Both the position numbers and the translations under genes were made by a program. A DNA stretch of 64,000 bases from an uncultured delta proteobacterium. Its GTDB lineage: Bacteria > Myxococcota_A > Polyangia > Polyangiales > JAFGIB01. The stretch is taken from assembly GCA_963778655.1 (NCBI GenBank), contig CAVZVA010000003.1, positions 608,001 to 672,000 of the forward strand. The letters run 5' to 3'. Numbering within the stretch: the first letter of the stretch is position 1; every line of letters starts with the position of its first letter. This document shows positions 18,387 to 29,516 of the stretch, in pieces. The notes beneath the pieces were generated by a model. The model made no database searches and had not been told where the DNA came from. It saw only the letters and a program-made list of their open reading frames with translations.

Positions 18387-21300
18387 TCAGACGCTGGTGC
18401 AGCCGGGCACGAGCATCTCGGTCATCGCCTCGAGGTTCTGGACGCCCTGCGCGTGCATCGCCGCGTCGCCCTGCACGAGCAGCTGCGCGCCCTCGTCGCC
18501 GCCGAGCAACCCGCCGAGCCGGCGGCGCGCGGCCGCGGCGTAGATCGCGAGCTCGCTCTGGTCGAGCAGGTCCAGCGCGAAGCGCAGTTGCTGCGCCGCC
18601 GTTTCGCGACGCCCGTCCGCCAGCGCGAGCCCGGCCTCGATCAGCGCGGCCCAGCCCGGCGCATAGCGCATCCGCGTGCGGCGCAACACCCGCGCGTCCT
18701 CACGCGCGACCGCACGCGCCCGCGAGCGGTCCGCGCCGCGCTGCCGCAGCGCGCCCACTGCCGACGCCGCACGGTCGTACGAGAAGAACCCGCGCGCCAG
18801 GTGCACCCGCAGCAGCTGCGAGCGCGCCAGCGCCGGCCACTGCTCGCACGCGCGAGAGAACGCGCTGGCGCTGTCGCCTTCGTAGCGCAGCAGCCGCTGC
18901 TCACCGAGCATGAGGTGCGCATCCTGCCATTGATAGCTGCTCTGCGGATGGTGCCTGCGCCTGGCCTGCTCGAAGCGCGCGCGCACCTCGGGAACGTCGT
19001 CCGAAGTCAGCCATCCGGCCACAGCCGACGAAGTCCCGAGGATGGTAGCCGCCCACAGATCGCCGCGGCGCGCTGCGTCTTCGACCAGCAAGCTGGCGCG
19101 CGCGCCGAGCTCGCGCAGCTCTCCCAGGTGAAAGGCCGCGGTCTGGTCGTAGACGTCCACGCACGCGATCTCGTAGGCCACGTCGCGGCAGCGCGAACGC
19201 AACAGCTCGAGCGCCTCGCCCAGGCGCGCACGCGATTCGGTGAAACGACCGAGGTTGACGGTGACGCAGCCATGGACCCCGACCACGAAGCCGAGCGCTT
19301 CGGGCTCACCGACCCGCTCCGCCAGCCCGAGCGCCCGCGCCGCGAGCGCGCTGGCGCGGGGCTCGGCTGGAGCGCCGGCGAAGCTGGCGAGATAGGCCTC
19401 GTAGCCCAGCCCGCGCGCCGCGTGCAGGGGGGAGCCGACGTCGAGCGCCAGCGCCAGATAGCGGGCATGCATGTCGACCATCACGAACGGGTCGTTGCCG
19501 GACGAGCCCTGGATCACGGTCCACAGCGCGTCGAGCCGATGTGCGGCGCCGTCTTGCGTGCGCCTCAGGCTCGCTTCGTCCAGGCGCAGGCCGCGCGACC
19601 ACAGGCGCGTGCGCGACCAGAGCGCCCGCCCCAGCGCCGCCCGCGGAGAAGACGGCAGCCGCAAGCCAATCGCCGACAGCACCTCCGACAGCAGGCGCCG
19701 GCCCTCGTCGACCTGTCCGGCCGTCATCGAGTGGTAGGCCGCCTTGCGCTTGAGCTCGAAGCTGAGACCGGCGTCCGCCCCGGCGGCGGCCTCGCGGTAC
19801 ACGCGCGCAGCGTCCAGCCCGCGCCCGGCTCCGGCCAGCGCGTCGGCGTGCTTGATCTGCAGCGCGCGGCGCGGTTCGGGCTCGAAGCTGCCGAGCGCGA
19901 GCGCACGCTCGTACAGGCGCGCGGCGCGCTCGAACGCCAGCGCCGCGACCGCACGGTCACCGCTTTGCTCCGTGGCGCGGGCGGCGCGCGGCCGATCGCC
20001 TGCTACCTCGTAGCAGGTGGCGAGCAGCTCGGGATCCGCATCCTGCCGCGGCGCGAGCGTGCGCGCGAGCGCGGTGTACAGCTCCGCGCGGCGCTGCGCG
20101 GGCAGCGCCCGGCTGACGCCCTCGCGGACGCGGTCGTGGTAGCACTCCACGCGACGCCCCCCCGCATCGCCCGCGCTGCCGCGCACCAGCTGCTCGGCGC
20201 GCAGCAGATCGAGCGCGCCGTGCCCGTCGGCGGCGCCCGCGGCTTCGGCCGCCACGCTCGACGGCAGCGGCTGCCCGGCCAGCGCGAGCAGCTCGAGCAA
20301 CGCGCGCGCGGCCTGCGGCAGCTGCGCCACGTGATCGGAAAGCGCCTCGTCGAGCGCGATCTGCCCCAGGCGCGCGGCGCCCCGCCGCTGCGCAAAGCGT
20401 GCCAGCTCGCCCACGAAGAACGGGCTGCCCTGGGCCTCCTCGCCGACGCTCGCGGCCAGCGCCGTGGACTGCGCGTCCGAGCCCAGCCAGCGCTGCGCCA
20501 GCAGGCGTGCCGCTTCGCCCGACAGCGGCGGCACGCGCAGCTCGCGCACGTCGAGCGAGCGGTTGGCGCGCGCGCCGGCAATGATCGCCTGCAGCAGCGC
20601 GTTGTGCTCGCCGCCTTCGACGCGATGGCTGCCGATCGCGAGCGCCGGGATCGCCTCGCGCTGCGCGAGCAAGTAGCCCATCAGCACCGTGGTGTCGCGG
20701 TCCACCCACTGCAGGTCGTCGATGTAGACGACCAGAGGCTGCCGGTCGCGCAGCGCCCAGAGCAGCTCGCGCAGCGCGACGAACGCGCGGCTCTGCAGCT
20801 CCTGCGGGTCGGGCACGTGCTTCTTCGGCGCGTCGGCGATCACCTCGACGCGATCGAGCACGGGAAACAGGCGCGCCAGCGCGTAGACCTCGCGCGGCAG
20901 CACCGCGGCGGCCTGCTCGCGCGGCAGCTTGCGCAGGTAGCGGCTGAGCTCGTCGATCAGCGCGTCGAATCCCTTGTAGGGCACGTTCTCGCGCTCGTAG
21001 CAGCGCCCCGCGAGCACCAGCGCGCGCCCTTCGATCCGCAGCTCGGCGAGGAACGCTTCGACCAGCGCGCTCTTGCCCATGCCGGATTCGCCCGAGACGA
21101 ACGTCACCACCGCCTGGCCCCCGAGCGAGGCTGCGTACGCTTCGCGCAACGCGCGCAGCTCGCCTTCACGCCCGATCAGCTCGGGCGCGGGCTCGGGCGC
21201 CAGGCTCGGGCGCGCGCCCGGCCGCGCCGAAGGTGCGCGCGCGGCGCCGGCACCCAGCACGGCCAGCAGCGCTGCGGCGTCGGGTCGCGCGGACGGCTCG

Positions 21301-22305
21301 CGCGCGAGCAGCGCGACGCACAGCGCGTCGAGGTCGGCCGGGATCTCGACGTTGGGCGGCTCGCTCGGCTGCGCCGGTCCCTCGGACGCCTCGGGCGGGC
21401 GGCGCAAGCCCGACACCGTGGGCGCGGCCTCGAGCGCGGCCGCGCGGCGCCGGCGCGACGCCACCGCGCTCGCGCGGGGCGCATCGTAGAGCTGCTTGCG
21501 CGCGAGCACCTCGCCGAAGCGACCGCTGAACGGAAGGTCCCCGGTCAGCGCTTCGAATAGCATCACCCCGAGCGCGTAGTAGTCGCTGGCGCGGGTCGTC
21601 ATGCCCCCGGCCGCCTGCTCCGGCGCCATGTACGCCGGCGTGCCGCTCAGGCTCTCATCGTCCAGGGTGTGCCCGGCCGCGCCCGGCTCCGGCGTCACGG
21701 CCAGCCCGAAATCGAGCACCACCACCCGCCCCTCGGCGGTGACCAGCACGTTGCTGGGCTTCAGAATCGCGGTGCAGCTTACCGGCGGCGTGGATCGCGT
21801 TCACCGCGTCGACCAGCTGCGCGAAGGCCGCGCGCAGGCGGCCCTCGTCGAGCACCCTCGCCGCGGGCTCGGGCCGCACCCAGCGATCGAAGCGCTCGCC
21901 GGGCACCAGCTCCATGGTGAAGAACCAGCTGTCGCCTTCGGCGAACAGCTCGTGCAGCCGCACCAGGTTGGGATGCACGACACCGGCGAGCGCGCGGAAC
22001 TCGTTCTTCAGCCCGTACACGCTGGCGGCATCCAGCCTGTTCAGGGTCTTGAGCGCAACCTTGGCCTTGCGCTCGTCGTCGAACGCCTCGTAGACCACGC
22101 CCATGCCGCCCTCGCCGATCCGGCGCAGCAGCGACAGGCGGCCACCGCCGACGCTCGAGCCCAACCGCAGGGCCGAGCCTATGAGCGCGGGCTCGGATCC
22201 GGGGACGCGTGGCGCACCGGCCCCCGCCCCCTCCGGAGCTCGTGCCACATCCGCCCCCGCGGCCGCGCCCTCGGCGCCGGCATCCTGCGCTGCATTGAGC
22301 CGCAT
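18387..22305 (-). CDS. Ser/Thr kinase fused to P-loop ATPase and helical repeats (apparent +1 frameshift at 21765-21766)
   Basis: IGEGGMGVVY...HRD in one frame; LKPSNVL..DFGLA..GTPAYMAPEQ, GESGMGKS and IDDLQW in another. Confidence 0.88.
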
Positions 22306-22492
22306 TGTGCGCCCCCCATTATGCTGTAAAGCCGCCCGCGCGCGGCGAGGTTGCAAGGAAAAAGCGCCGCATCGCCTCACAATTCTCGCGGCGGCCTCGG
22401 CCGGAGGGGCACGCGGCTGGATGCAACCGCACGCCACACGTGGCATTTCCCCCACGAACACCGTAGGGTGCGCTGACTCGGAGGCAGCAGCA

Positions 22493-24010
22493 GTGGCCGA
22501 GCATTTCGACGTCATCATAGTGGGCGCCGGGCTTTCCGGCGTGGGCGCCGCGTACCACCTGCAGACGCGCTGCCCCCACAAGTCCTATGTGATCCTCGAG
22601 GCGCGCGAGGCAATCGGCGGGACCTGGGACTTGTTTCGCTATCCGGGCATCCGCTCGGACTCGGACATGTTCACGCTCGGCTACCGCTTCAAGCCCTGGG
22701 AGGAGCCCAAGGCGATCGCCGACGGCCAGTCGATCTTGCGCTACGTGCGCGAGACCGCGGCCGAGCACGGCATCGACCGCAAGATCCGCTTCGGACAGCG
22801 GGTCACGCGCGCCTCGTGGTCGAGCGAGCAAGCGCTGTGGACGGTCGAGACCGAGTGCGGGCCGGCGCGGCAGGTGCAGCGCTTCACCTGCCGTTTTCTC
22901 GACATGTGCAGCGGCTACTACGCCTATGACGCCGGCCACACTCCACAGTTCGAGGGGACCGAGCAGTTCGCGGGCCGCATCGTGCACCCGCAGCAGTGGC
23001 GCGACGACGTCGAGTACGAGGGCAAGCGGGTGGTGGTGATCGGCAGCGGGGCGACCGCGATGACGCTGGTGCCCGAGCTCTCCAAGAAGGCCGCTCACGT
23101 GGTGATGTTGCAGCGCTCGCCCACTTATGTCGTGTCGGTGCCGGCCCGGGACCCGATCGCGAATTTCCTGCGCCGCTGGCTGCCGGCCAAGCTGGCGTAC
23201 TCCCTGACGCGCTGGAAGAACGTGCTGCTCGGGCTGCTGTTCTTCCAGCTCGCGCGCTGGACGCCGCGCTGGGCCAATCGCGCGCTGGTGCGCCAGGTCG
23301 AGCTCGCGCTCGGCCCCGGCCACGACGTCGAGAAGCACTTCACCCCCCGCTACAACGTGTGGGACCAGCGGGTGTGCCTGGTCCCCGACGGCGACCTGTT
23401 CGAGGCCATCCGCGCAGGCAAGGTCTCGGTCGTGACCGACCACATCGACCGTTTCATGCCTTCGGGCATACGCTTGCGCTCGGGGCAGGAGCTGGAAGCG
23501 GATCTGGTGGTCACCGCGACCGGCCTCGAGCTGGTCTTCCTCGGCGGCATGCAGCTTGTCGTCGACGGGCGCAAGGTCGAGCCCAACCAGCTGATGAACT
23601 ACAAGGGCTGCATGTTCAGCGACGTGCCGAACCTGGCCTACACCTTCGGCTACACCAATGCGTCCTGGACGCTGAAGGCCGACCTCAGCGCCGAGTACGT
23701 GTGCCGCCTGCTGCTGCACATGGATGCCGTTGGCGCGAGCCAGTGCACGCCACGCCGCACCGACCCCAGCGTGCAGGAGCAGCCCTGGCTCGACTTCACC
23801 AGCGGCTACGTGCAGCGCTCCCTGCCGCGGTTTCCCAAGCAGGGCTCCAAGCGCCCGTTCCGGGTCTACCAGAACTACGCGCTCGACCTGCTGATGCTGC
23901 GTTACGGCGCGGTGGACGACGGCACGCTCGAGCTCGCGCCCGCGGGCGGCACGGCCCTCGGCGCGGACGTGGCGTGCCTGCCCAGCGAGACCGCGGACCC
24001 GCTGCCCTGA
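22493..24010 (+). CDS. Flavin monooxygenase, EthA-like Baeyer-Villiger type
   Basis: GAGLSG, GGTWDLFRYPGIRSDSD, FAGRIVHPQQW, GSGATA, PRYNVWDQR, FGYTNASWTLKAD. Confidence 0.93.
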   Translation: MAEHFDVIIVGAGLSGVGAAYHLQTRCPHKSYVILEAREAIGGTWDLFRYPGIRSDSDMFTLGYRFKPWEEPKAIADGQSILRYVRETAAEHGIDRKIRFGQRVTRASWSSEQALWTVETECGPARQVQRFTCRFLDMCSGYYAYDAGHTPQFEGTEQFAGRIVHPQQWRDDVEYEGKRVVVIGSGATAMTLVPELSKKAAHVVMLQRSPTYVVSVPARDPIANFLRRWLPAKLAYSLTRWKNVLLGLLFFQLARWTPRWANRALVRQVELALGPGHDVEKHFTPRYNVWDQRVCLVPDGDLFEAIRAGKVSVVTDHIDRFMPSGIRLRSGQELEADLVVTATGLELVFLGGMQLVVDGRKVEPNQLMNYKGCMFSDVPNLAYTFGYTNASWTLKADLSAEYVCRLLLHMDAVGASQCTPRRTDPSVQEQPWLDFTSGYVQRSLPRFPKQGSKRPFRVYQNYALDLLMLRYGAVDDGTLELAPAGGTALGADVACLPSETADPLP

Positions 24011-24049
24011 GCGCGGCCGTGCGCGGCAGGGGCTGCCTCGGCGCGACGC

Positions 24050-24523
24050 TCAGGTCGAGCCGGCGTCGTCCTCGCTGGGGCACGACGCATCCGGCTCGCA
24101 GGGGCAGGGACCATCGAGCGCCTCGCACACCGCGCCGCCCTCCAGCGCGAAGCCCGGGTCGTACGCGGTGCACTGCTCGTGCGCGCTGAGCTCGAACGAG
24201 CCGGCGAGCTTGCCGCTGTGCGGGTCGTAGAGCACGGCCCAGGACAGATCGAGACCGCGGGACACGACCGCGTCGTAGCTGCCGCAGCGCGCCAGAAACG
24301 GCGTGGGGTCGAACGCCGACACCGGGCTGCAACGCTGGTCGCGCGCGCGCTCGGTCGCGAAGTCGCAGCTGACCGCGCCGCGGCAATCCGGAAGCGGGCC
24401 GAGCTCGCATGGCAGCGCGCCCGCATGCGGCTGCGCGCTGCGCGCCTTGCACGCCGCAGCGAGCGCGAGCGGAAACAGCAGACTGTGGACGAGCCGCGCC
24501 AGGGTAAACCAGGTGTAAGCCAT
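24050..24523 (-). CDS. Cys-rich putative lipoprotein
   Basis: LALAAAC lipobox-like; many Cys. Confidence 0.5.
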   Translation of the reverse strand: MAYTWFTLARLVHSLLFPLALAAACKARSAQPHAGALPCELGPLPDCRGAVSCDFATERARDQRCSPVSAFDPTPFLARCGSYDAVVSRGLDLSWAVLYDPHSGKLAGSFELSAHEQCTAYDPGFALEGGAVCEALDGPCPCEPDASCPSEDDAGST

Positions 24524-24608
24524 GAGGCCCGCGCCGCCGGAGCGGGACGCGGAACCCCTAATGAAAGGCGCTTTTCGCCGCGCTCGCAAGCGGTGCGGTG
24601 CGCTCCGC

Positions 24609-26171
24609 TCAGTTCTTGCTGTACCCGACCTTGAACACGTGGCCGCCCTGGTCATCAGAGAAGTAGACGGCCTCGTCCGGGCCCTGGCGCACGTCGACCG
24701 GGCGCGCTTCCCAGCTGCCCTGCACCAGCTGCCCTGAGGAGTCCTTCTGGCCGACGATCGGCTGGACCGATACGATCGCGCCGTTCTGGTAGTGCGCGCG
24801 CGCGAGCACGCGACCGGTCGCGGGGTCTCGGTTCCAGGAACCGTGCGAGGTGATCAGGAAGTCGCCGTTGAACGGCAGCGCGTGGCCGGTGTACTGGATG
24901 ATGCCGAGCGGCGCCCAGTGCGCCTGCATGACGAACATCGGCGGATGGACGTTGGCGGTGTTCTTGCACCAGCCGTCGGTCTTCTGGTTCGCCACATCGA
25001 GCGCCGAGGTTTGATCCGCCCACTGCGTGCCCGGGCCGTTGCCGCCGCTGACCTGGCCCTCGCTGTAGCAGAACGGGTAGCCGTAGAAGCTCGAGCCGCT
25101 GCCGTCGACCAGGTTGATCTCCTCGCCGGGGTTGTCGTTGTGGATATCGCCGCCGAAGTCGTTGTCGCTGAGATCGTCACGCCCGTTCTCCACGCCCCAC
25201 AGCCGATCCTGGGCGTCGATGAACAGGCCCACCTCGTTGCGCATCCCCGACGCCACCACCTCGCCTTTCGTGGCGTAGTCGAGGCCGCCGGAAGGGATGC
25301 TCGCCGGCAGCGTGTAGCGCCGCACCTGCCCGCGCGTGTCCCACAGCTGCTGCGCGTTGTCGACGTTACCCCCCGAGCCGATGTTGACGTAGAGCCGGCC
25401 CGTGGAATCGAACTGCAGCGTGCGCGTGTCGTGCCCGCCGCCCGGGATGTTCGCGATCACCACCTCGGCGGAGCCGCTGGCCGCGTGCGAGCCGCTGGTG
25501 TAGGCCCAGCGGTAGACCGTGGTCTGGCTCGACGCGTACACGAACTTGCCGTCGCGCGAGAACGCCAGCCCGTGCCGCAGCCCCGACGCGCTGGCGAAGC
25601 TCGCGCGCTCGCTGTTGTCGCTGGTGCCATCGTGGTTGGCGTCCCACAGCACGGTGACCGAGCCGTTGTTGACGAACAGATCGCCGTTGGGCGCGAACGC
25701 CATCTGGCGTGGCGAGCCCAGCCCCTGCGCGAACACGTATACGCACAGCCGCGCGTCCGACACGTAGGCCGCGTAGGGCATGCTGCCGGTGCAGGTGTCG
25801 GCCACGGCGCCCGCGTCCTTGCCGGCGTCGGTCTTGCCCGCGTCCTTGCCGGCGTCGGTCTTGCCCGCATCCTTGCCGGCGTCGGTCTTGCCCGCATCCT
25901 TGCCGGCGTCGGTCTTGCCCGCGTCCAGCTTGCCGGTCCCGCCCTTGCCCGCGTCCGCCTTGCCGGCGTCGGCCGCTGAGCTGGACCCGGGCTTTACGGC
26001 GGCGTCGCGTGAGGATGTACGCCCGCTGCCCTTGTTCTGGCCCGAAGCCGCCCCGGACCCGCCGGTAGCCGCGCCGGCCTGGCCTGCGCCCGCGTGCTTC
26101 GACTTGGAGCATCCGCAGGCCACAACAACGGCGGCCACGCACGTGAGCAGCACCATCCCCTGTGTCCGCAT
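24609..26171 (-). CDS. Glucose/sorbosone dehydrogenase-family beta-propeller lipoprotein
   Basis: PRQMAFAPNGDL, GGHDTR, GMRNEVG, ENGRD, YGYPFC, HWAPLG, HGSWNR, RPVDV. Confidence 0.88.
   Translation of the reverse strand: MRTQGMVLLTCVAAVVVACGCSKSKHAGAGQAGAATGGSGAASGQNKGSGRTSSRDAAVKPGSSSAADAGKADAGKGGTGKLDAGKTDAGKDAGKTDAGKDAGKTDAGKDAGKTDAGKDAGAVADTCTGSMPYAAYVSDARLCVYVFAQGLGSPRQMAFAPNGDLFVNNGSVTVLWDANHDGTSDNSERASFASASGLRHGLAFSRDGKFVYASSQTTVYRWAYTSGSHAASGSAEVVIANIPGGGHDTRTLQFDSTGRLYVNIGSGGNVDNAQQLWDTRGQVRRYTLPASIPSGGLDYATKGEVVASGMRNEVGLFIDAQDRLWGVENGRDDLSDNDFGGDIHNDNPGEEINLVDGSGSSFYGYPFCYSEGQVSGGNGPGTQWADQTSALDVANQKTDGWCKNTANVHPPMFVMQAHWAPLGIIQYTGHALPFNGDFLITSHGSWNRDPATGRVLARAHYQNGAIVSVQPIVGQKDSSGQLVQGSWEARPVDVRQGPDEAVYFSDDQGGHVFKVGYSKN
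25810..25925. repeat. Intragenic 27-bp tandem repeat (DAGKTDAGK x about 4)
   Basis: TCCTTGCCGGCGTCGGTCTTGCCCGC(G/A) repeated. Confidence 0.9.
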
Positions 26172-26286
26172 GGCTCCAGGATGAGGACCCCACGAGCGGG
26201 GCGCAACCCCAGGCTTGTGGGCCTCGAGCGCGCCCGCCAGCGCCGGCCTGCGTGCGGCGCCAACCTCGTGAATCGAGAGGTCCGAG

Positions 26287-26312
26287 CTTCCCGCCTTCCC
26301 GTCTTCCTGTTG
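26287..26312. repeat. Repeat family C, half-site
   Basis: CTTCCCGCCTTCCCGTCTTCCTGTTG. Confidence 0.7.
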
Positions 26313-26331
26313 CCCGCCCGCGCGCTGCTGC

Positions 26332-26907
26332 CTACTGCGCGTCACACAGCGGCGCCTCGCAGCTCTCGCGCAGCCGGCACCCCGCGCAAGGCTGGCCGCG
26401 CCAGATCGCGTCGTACATCGCCTGCACCTGGTCCAGCAGCTGCTCGTCGCTGCTGACGATGCCCAGCTCGAAGTTGCGCCGGCCCTCGCCCTTGGCTCCG
26501 AGCCCGGCGCCGGTCCAGTTGGCGCTGCCGAGGTAGACCAGCTCGGCATCGACGATCACGGTCTTCAGGTGCACCCGCGGGCACAGCCGCAGCTGCAGCC
26601 CGCCCTGCACCAGACGCTTGTGGCGATCGAACTCGTCGCGAAACGGGCGTGAGGGCAGGCTGGCGTGCAGGATGCGCAGCTCGACGCCGCGCGCGGCCAG
26701 CTCGTCGAAGCGCTCGAGCACCGAGCGGTAGTCGCGGCGGCGGCCCGGCATCTGCAACGCGGCCTCGACCATCAGCTCCTTGAGATTCGCGGTCGCGATC
26801 CACACGCTGCGACGCGCCTGAAGCACCGCGTCGACCACGCGCTCGTAGTGGCCGCGCCCGCCGACCAGCTCGAGCGCCCGCGGCAAGAGCGGCAGCACGA
26901 AATCCAC
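26332..26907 (-). CDS. Single-HKD phospholipase D/nuclease family protein
   Basis: HLKTVIVD(x6)GSANWTGAG, NFELG; C-terminal CxxCxxxxxC. Confidence 0.88.
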   Translation of the reverse strand: MDFVLPLLPRALELVGGRGHYERVVDAVLQARRSVWIATANLKELMVEAALQMPGRRRDYRSVLERFDELAARGVELRILHASLPSRPFRDEFDRHKRLVQGGLQLRLCPRVHLKTVIVDAELVYLGSANWTGAGLGAKGEGRRNFELGIVSSDEQLLDQVQAMYDAIWRGQPCAGCRLRESCEAPLCDAQ

Positions 26908-27149
26908 CGGCCGATCGTAGGCCGCCGCAGCCCGGCCCAGCCAGTTTGCGGCGGCGGGGGCCTGCACGCGCTGAGCCCCATGCGCCGTGCCCGTGAAACT
27001 CGCTCAGCAGCAAGCGAGGGCTCCTCAGCGGTGGGAGGGGGGCAAGCTCGAGCAGCCGAGCGCACAACGCGAGCAGCACAGCGAAACCAGGCCCGCGCTG
27101 CACGGCATCGAACGCTCGGGCGCCGCGCCGCTCGTTCGCGGCCGCGTGC

Positions 27150-28292
27150 TCACGGCTCCCAGCAGAACAGCCGGCATTCGAGCGGGCCGTTCCACAGCGT
27201 GTGCTCGAGCGCGGGGCGCAGGCGCATCGCGCGTGGCAGGCCGCGCGCGTGCGCGAGCACGCACACGCGGTAGCCGCACAGCCGGCGGAAGGCCTCGGCC
27301 AGCTCGCGCTCGAACGCGGCCGAGCTGGCCAGGCGCGCGCCGTAGGGCGGGTTGGTGACCAAGAAGGCGCGCGCGTGCTCCTTGTGCAGCGCGCGTGCGT
27401 CGGCGCGGGCGAAGCTGAGCTCGACGCCCGCGCGGGCGGCGTTGGCGCGCGCGTCGCGCAGCGCACCCTCGTCGAGGTCGCGGGCTGCGATCGGCGGCGC
27501 CTCGCGCGCAGGGCGCACGCCCGCCGCCGCTTCCTCTCGCAGCTCGCGGAGCTGCCGCCGCTGTGCCGCGTCGTGGCAAGCCCAGCGCTCGAAGCCGAAG
27601 CGCGCCCGCAGCGAGCCCGGCGCGATCGCGCGCGCCCACATCGCCGCCTCGATCGCGAGCGTGCCGGCGCCGCACATCGGGTCGATCAGCGGCGCCTCGC
27701 GATCCCAGCCGCTCAGGCGCACGATCGCCGCCGCCAGCGTCTCCTTGAGCGGCGCCTCGCCCGCCTGCGTCCGGTAGCCGCGCGCGTGTAGCGACGCGCC
27801 TGCGACGTCGAGCGAGACCGTGGCGCGCTCGCCCACCCAGTGCAGCGCCACGCGTACGTCGGGGTCGCGGCGGTCCACGCTCGGCCGCGCGCCCAACCGC
27901 TCGCGCAGCCGATCCACGATCGCGTCCTTGACGCGCTGGGCCGCGAAGGCCGAGCTGCCGACCGCGGCATCGCGGATCTGCGCGTCCACGGCCAGCGTGC
28001 GGCGCACGTCGAGCACACGTTCCCACGGCAGCGCGCGCACCCCTTCGTAGAGCGCGTCGTGGTCGGGCGCGCACAGGCTGGCCTCGCGCTGCAGCACGCG
28101 CACGGCGATGCGACTTTCCATGCAGGCGCGCATCGCGCAGGCGAAGTCGCCGCCGAAGTACACGCCGCCGCGCGCCGCCTTGACCCGCGGCAGCCGCAGC
28201 TCCTTGAGCTCGTCGCGCAACAGTCCCTCGGTGCCCTTGGCGGCGGTGGCGAAGAACGGTCGTTCGGGATCGTCGCTGGGATGCTGCGACAC
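27150..28292 (-). CDS. THUMP-domain SAM-dependent RNA methyltransferase (RlmL-like)
   Basis: FATAAKGTE, SLHARGYR, EAPLKETLAAA, DPMCGAGT, TNPPYG, NGPLEC. Confidence 0.92.
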   Translation of the reverse strand: MSQHPSDDPERPFFATAAKGTEGLLRDELKELRLPRVKAARGGVYFGGDFACAMRACMESRIAVRVLQREASLCAPDHDALYEGVRALPWERVLDVRRTLAVDAQIRDAAVGSSAFAAQRVKDAIVDRLRERLGARPSVDRRDPDVRVALHWVGERATVSLDVAGASLHARGYRTQAGEAPLKETLAAAIVRLSGWDREAPLIDPMCGAGTLAIEAAMWARAIAPGSLRARFGFERWACHDAAQRRQLRELREEAAAGVRPAREAPPIAARDLDEGALRDARANAARAGVELSFARADARALHKEHARAFLVTNPPYGARLASSAAFERELAEAFRRLCGYRVCVLAHARGLPRAMRLRPALEHTLWNGPLECRLFCWEP

Positions 28293-28421
28293 GGCGGCGC
28301 GAGCATGGGGCGCTTTGCCGCGCTGCTCAAGTCGCGCGCCGTGACGCACGCGGCCTCGCGGTTGCGAGCGCTCGGGCCGCCCCCTATCCTGTTGCCGCGT
28401 GGGGAGATGGGTAGCGCCGCG

Positions 28422-29516
28422 ATGAGCCAGCCGCAGACCACGTTCGAGCCTCGTGACCGCAGCGCAACCATGACGGCGTTCCCGCTGCTGGTCGTGTTTG
28501 CGCTGGCCGCCGGCTGCAGCGGCAGCGGCCGCAACGCGCACGGCGGCGGCGACGGGGGCAGCGACGCGGGCGCGGGCGAGCCCTGGCAGCTGGTGTTCGA
28601 GCACCTCAGCGGCTCGCTGATGTCGGTCGACGGAACGGGCCCCGACGACGTCTGGGCGGTGGGCGCGGACACGCGCGACGGCAAGGGCGCCCAGGTGCTG
28701 CGCTTCGACGGCACGCAGTGGACGCGCGAGGATGCGGGCGTGCAGGCCGACCTGTGGTGGGTGCACGTGTTCGGCCCGAGCTCGGTGATGCTCGGCGGCA
28801 CCAAGGGCACGATCGTGCGCTACGACGGCAGCAGCTTCACCCAGCAGGACACGCCGGCGATGCGCACCGTCTACGGCATCTGGGGCGCGTCGGAAGACGA
28901 CGTGTGGGCCGTGGGCGGCGAGCCGGACGCGGAGCCGGGCTTCGTGTGGCGCTACGATGGCAGCAGCTGGACCGACCAGAGCGACATGCTGCCGAGCGAG
29001 GTCAAGGGCACCTCGCTGTTCAAGGTGTGGGGCCGCAGCGCCGACGACGTGTGGATCGTGGGCGTGGACGGCGTGGCCGTGCACTGGGACGGCAGTCAGC
29101 TGCAAGCCGCGGATTCGGACAGCCAGGAGCGGTTGTTCACCGTGCACGGCGGCCCCAGCGGCGAGCAGCTAGTCGCGGTCGGCGGCGACGCCGGGGGAAT
29201 CATCGTCGAATACGATGGCACAACCTGGCACAAGGTGACGCCCAACCCGACGCCGACCCAGCTCTTCGGCGTCTTCATGACCGGCACCAACCGAGGCTTT
29301 GCCGTGGGTTACGACGGGATTGTGCTGCAGCGCGACGCCACGGCATGGAAAGTGCTAGACACAGGCGTGGAGCTGTCCAACCCGCTGCACGCAGTGTGGG
29401 TCGACTCGGCGGGCGGCTTCTGGGCCGTCGGTGGCGACATCAACAGCGGACCGGCTCCGGTCGACGGGATGCTGCTGCACAGGGGCATGAAGGTCAGCCA
29501 TGAGATTGCACCGTGA
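28422..29516 (+). CDS. Beta-propeller-like repeat lipoprotein
   Basis: LAAGC lipobox; repeated WG..DDVWAVG...YDG..W units; start may be 28470. Confidence 0.82.
   Translation: MSQPQTTFEPRDRSATMTAFPLLVVFALAAGCSGSGRNAHGGGDGGSDAGAGEPWQLVFEHLSGSLMSVDGTGPDDVWAVGADTRDGKGAQVLRFDGTQWTREDAGVQADLWWVHVFGPSSVMLGGTKGTIVRYDGSSFTQQDTPAMRTVYGIWGASEDDVWAVGGEPDAEPGFVWRYDGSSWTDQSDMLPSEVKGTSLFKVWGRSADDVWIVGVDGVAVHWDGSQLQAADSDSQERLFTVHGGPSGEQLVAVGGDAGGIIVEYDGTTWHKVTPNPTPTQLFGVFMTGTNRGFAVGYDGIVLQRDATAWKVLDTGVELSNPLHAVWVDSAGGFWAVGGDINSGPAPVDGMLLHRGMKVSHEIAP

Noticed and set aside
18189..21560. 1123-aa plus-strand ORF and similar long antisense ORFs (31985..34543, 40667..43738, 57266..59623)
   Set aside because: Shadow ORFs of real high-GC3 genes on the opposite strand; Arg/Ala-rich with no motifs.
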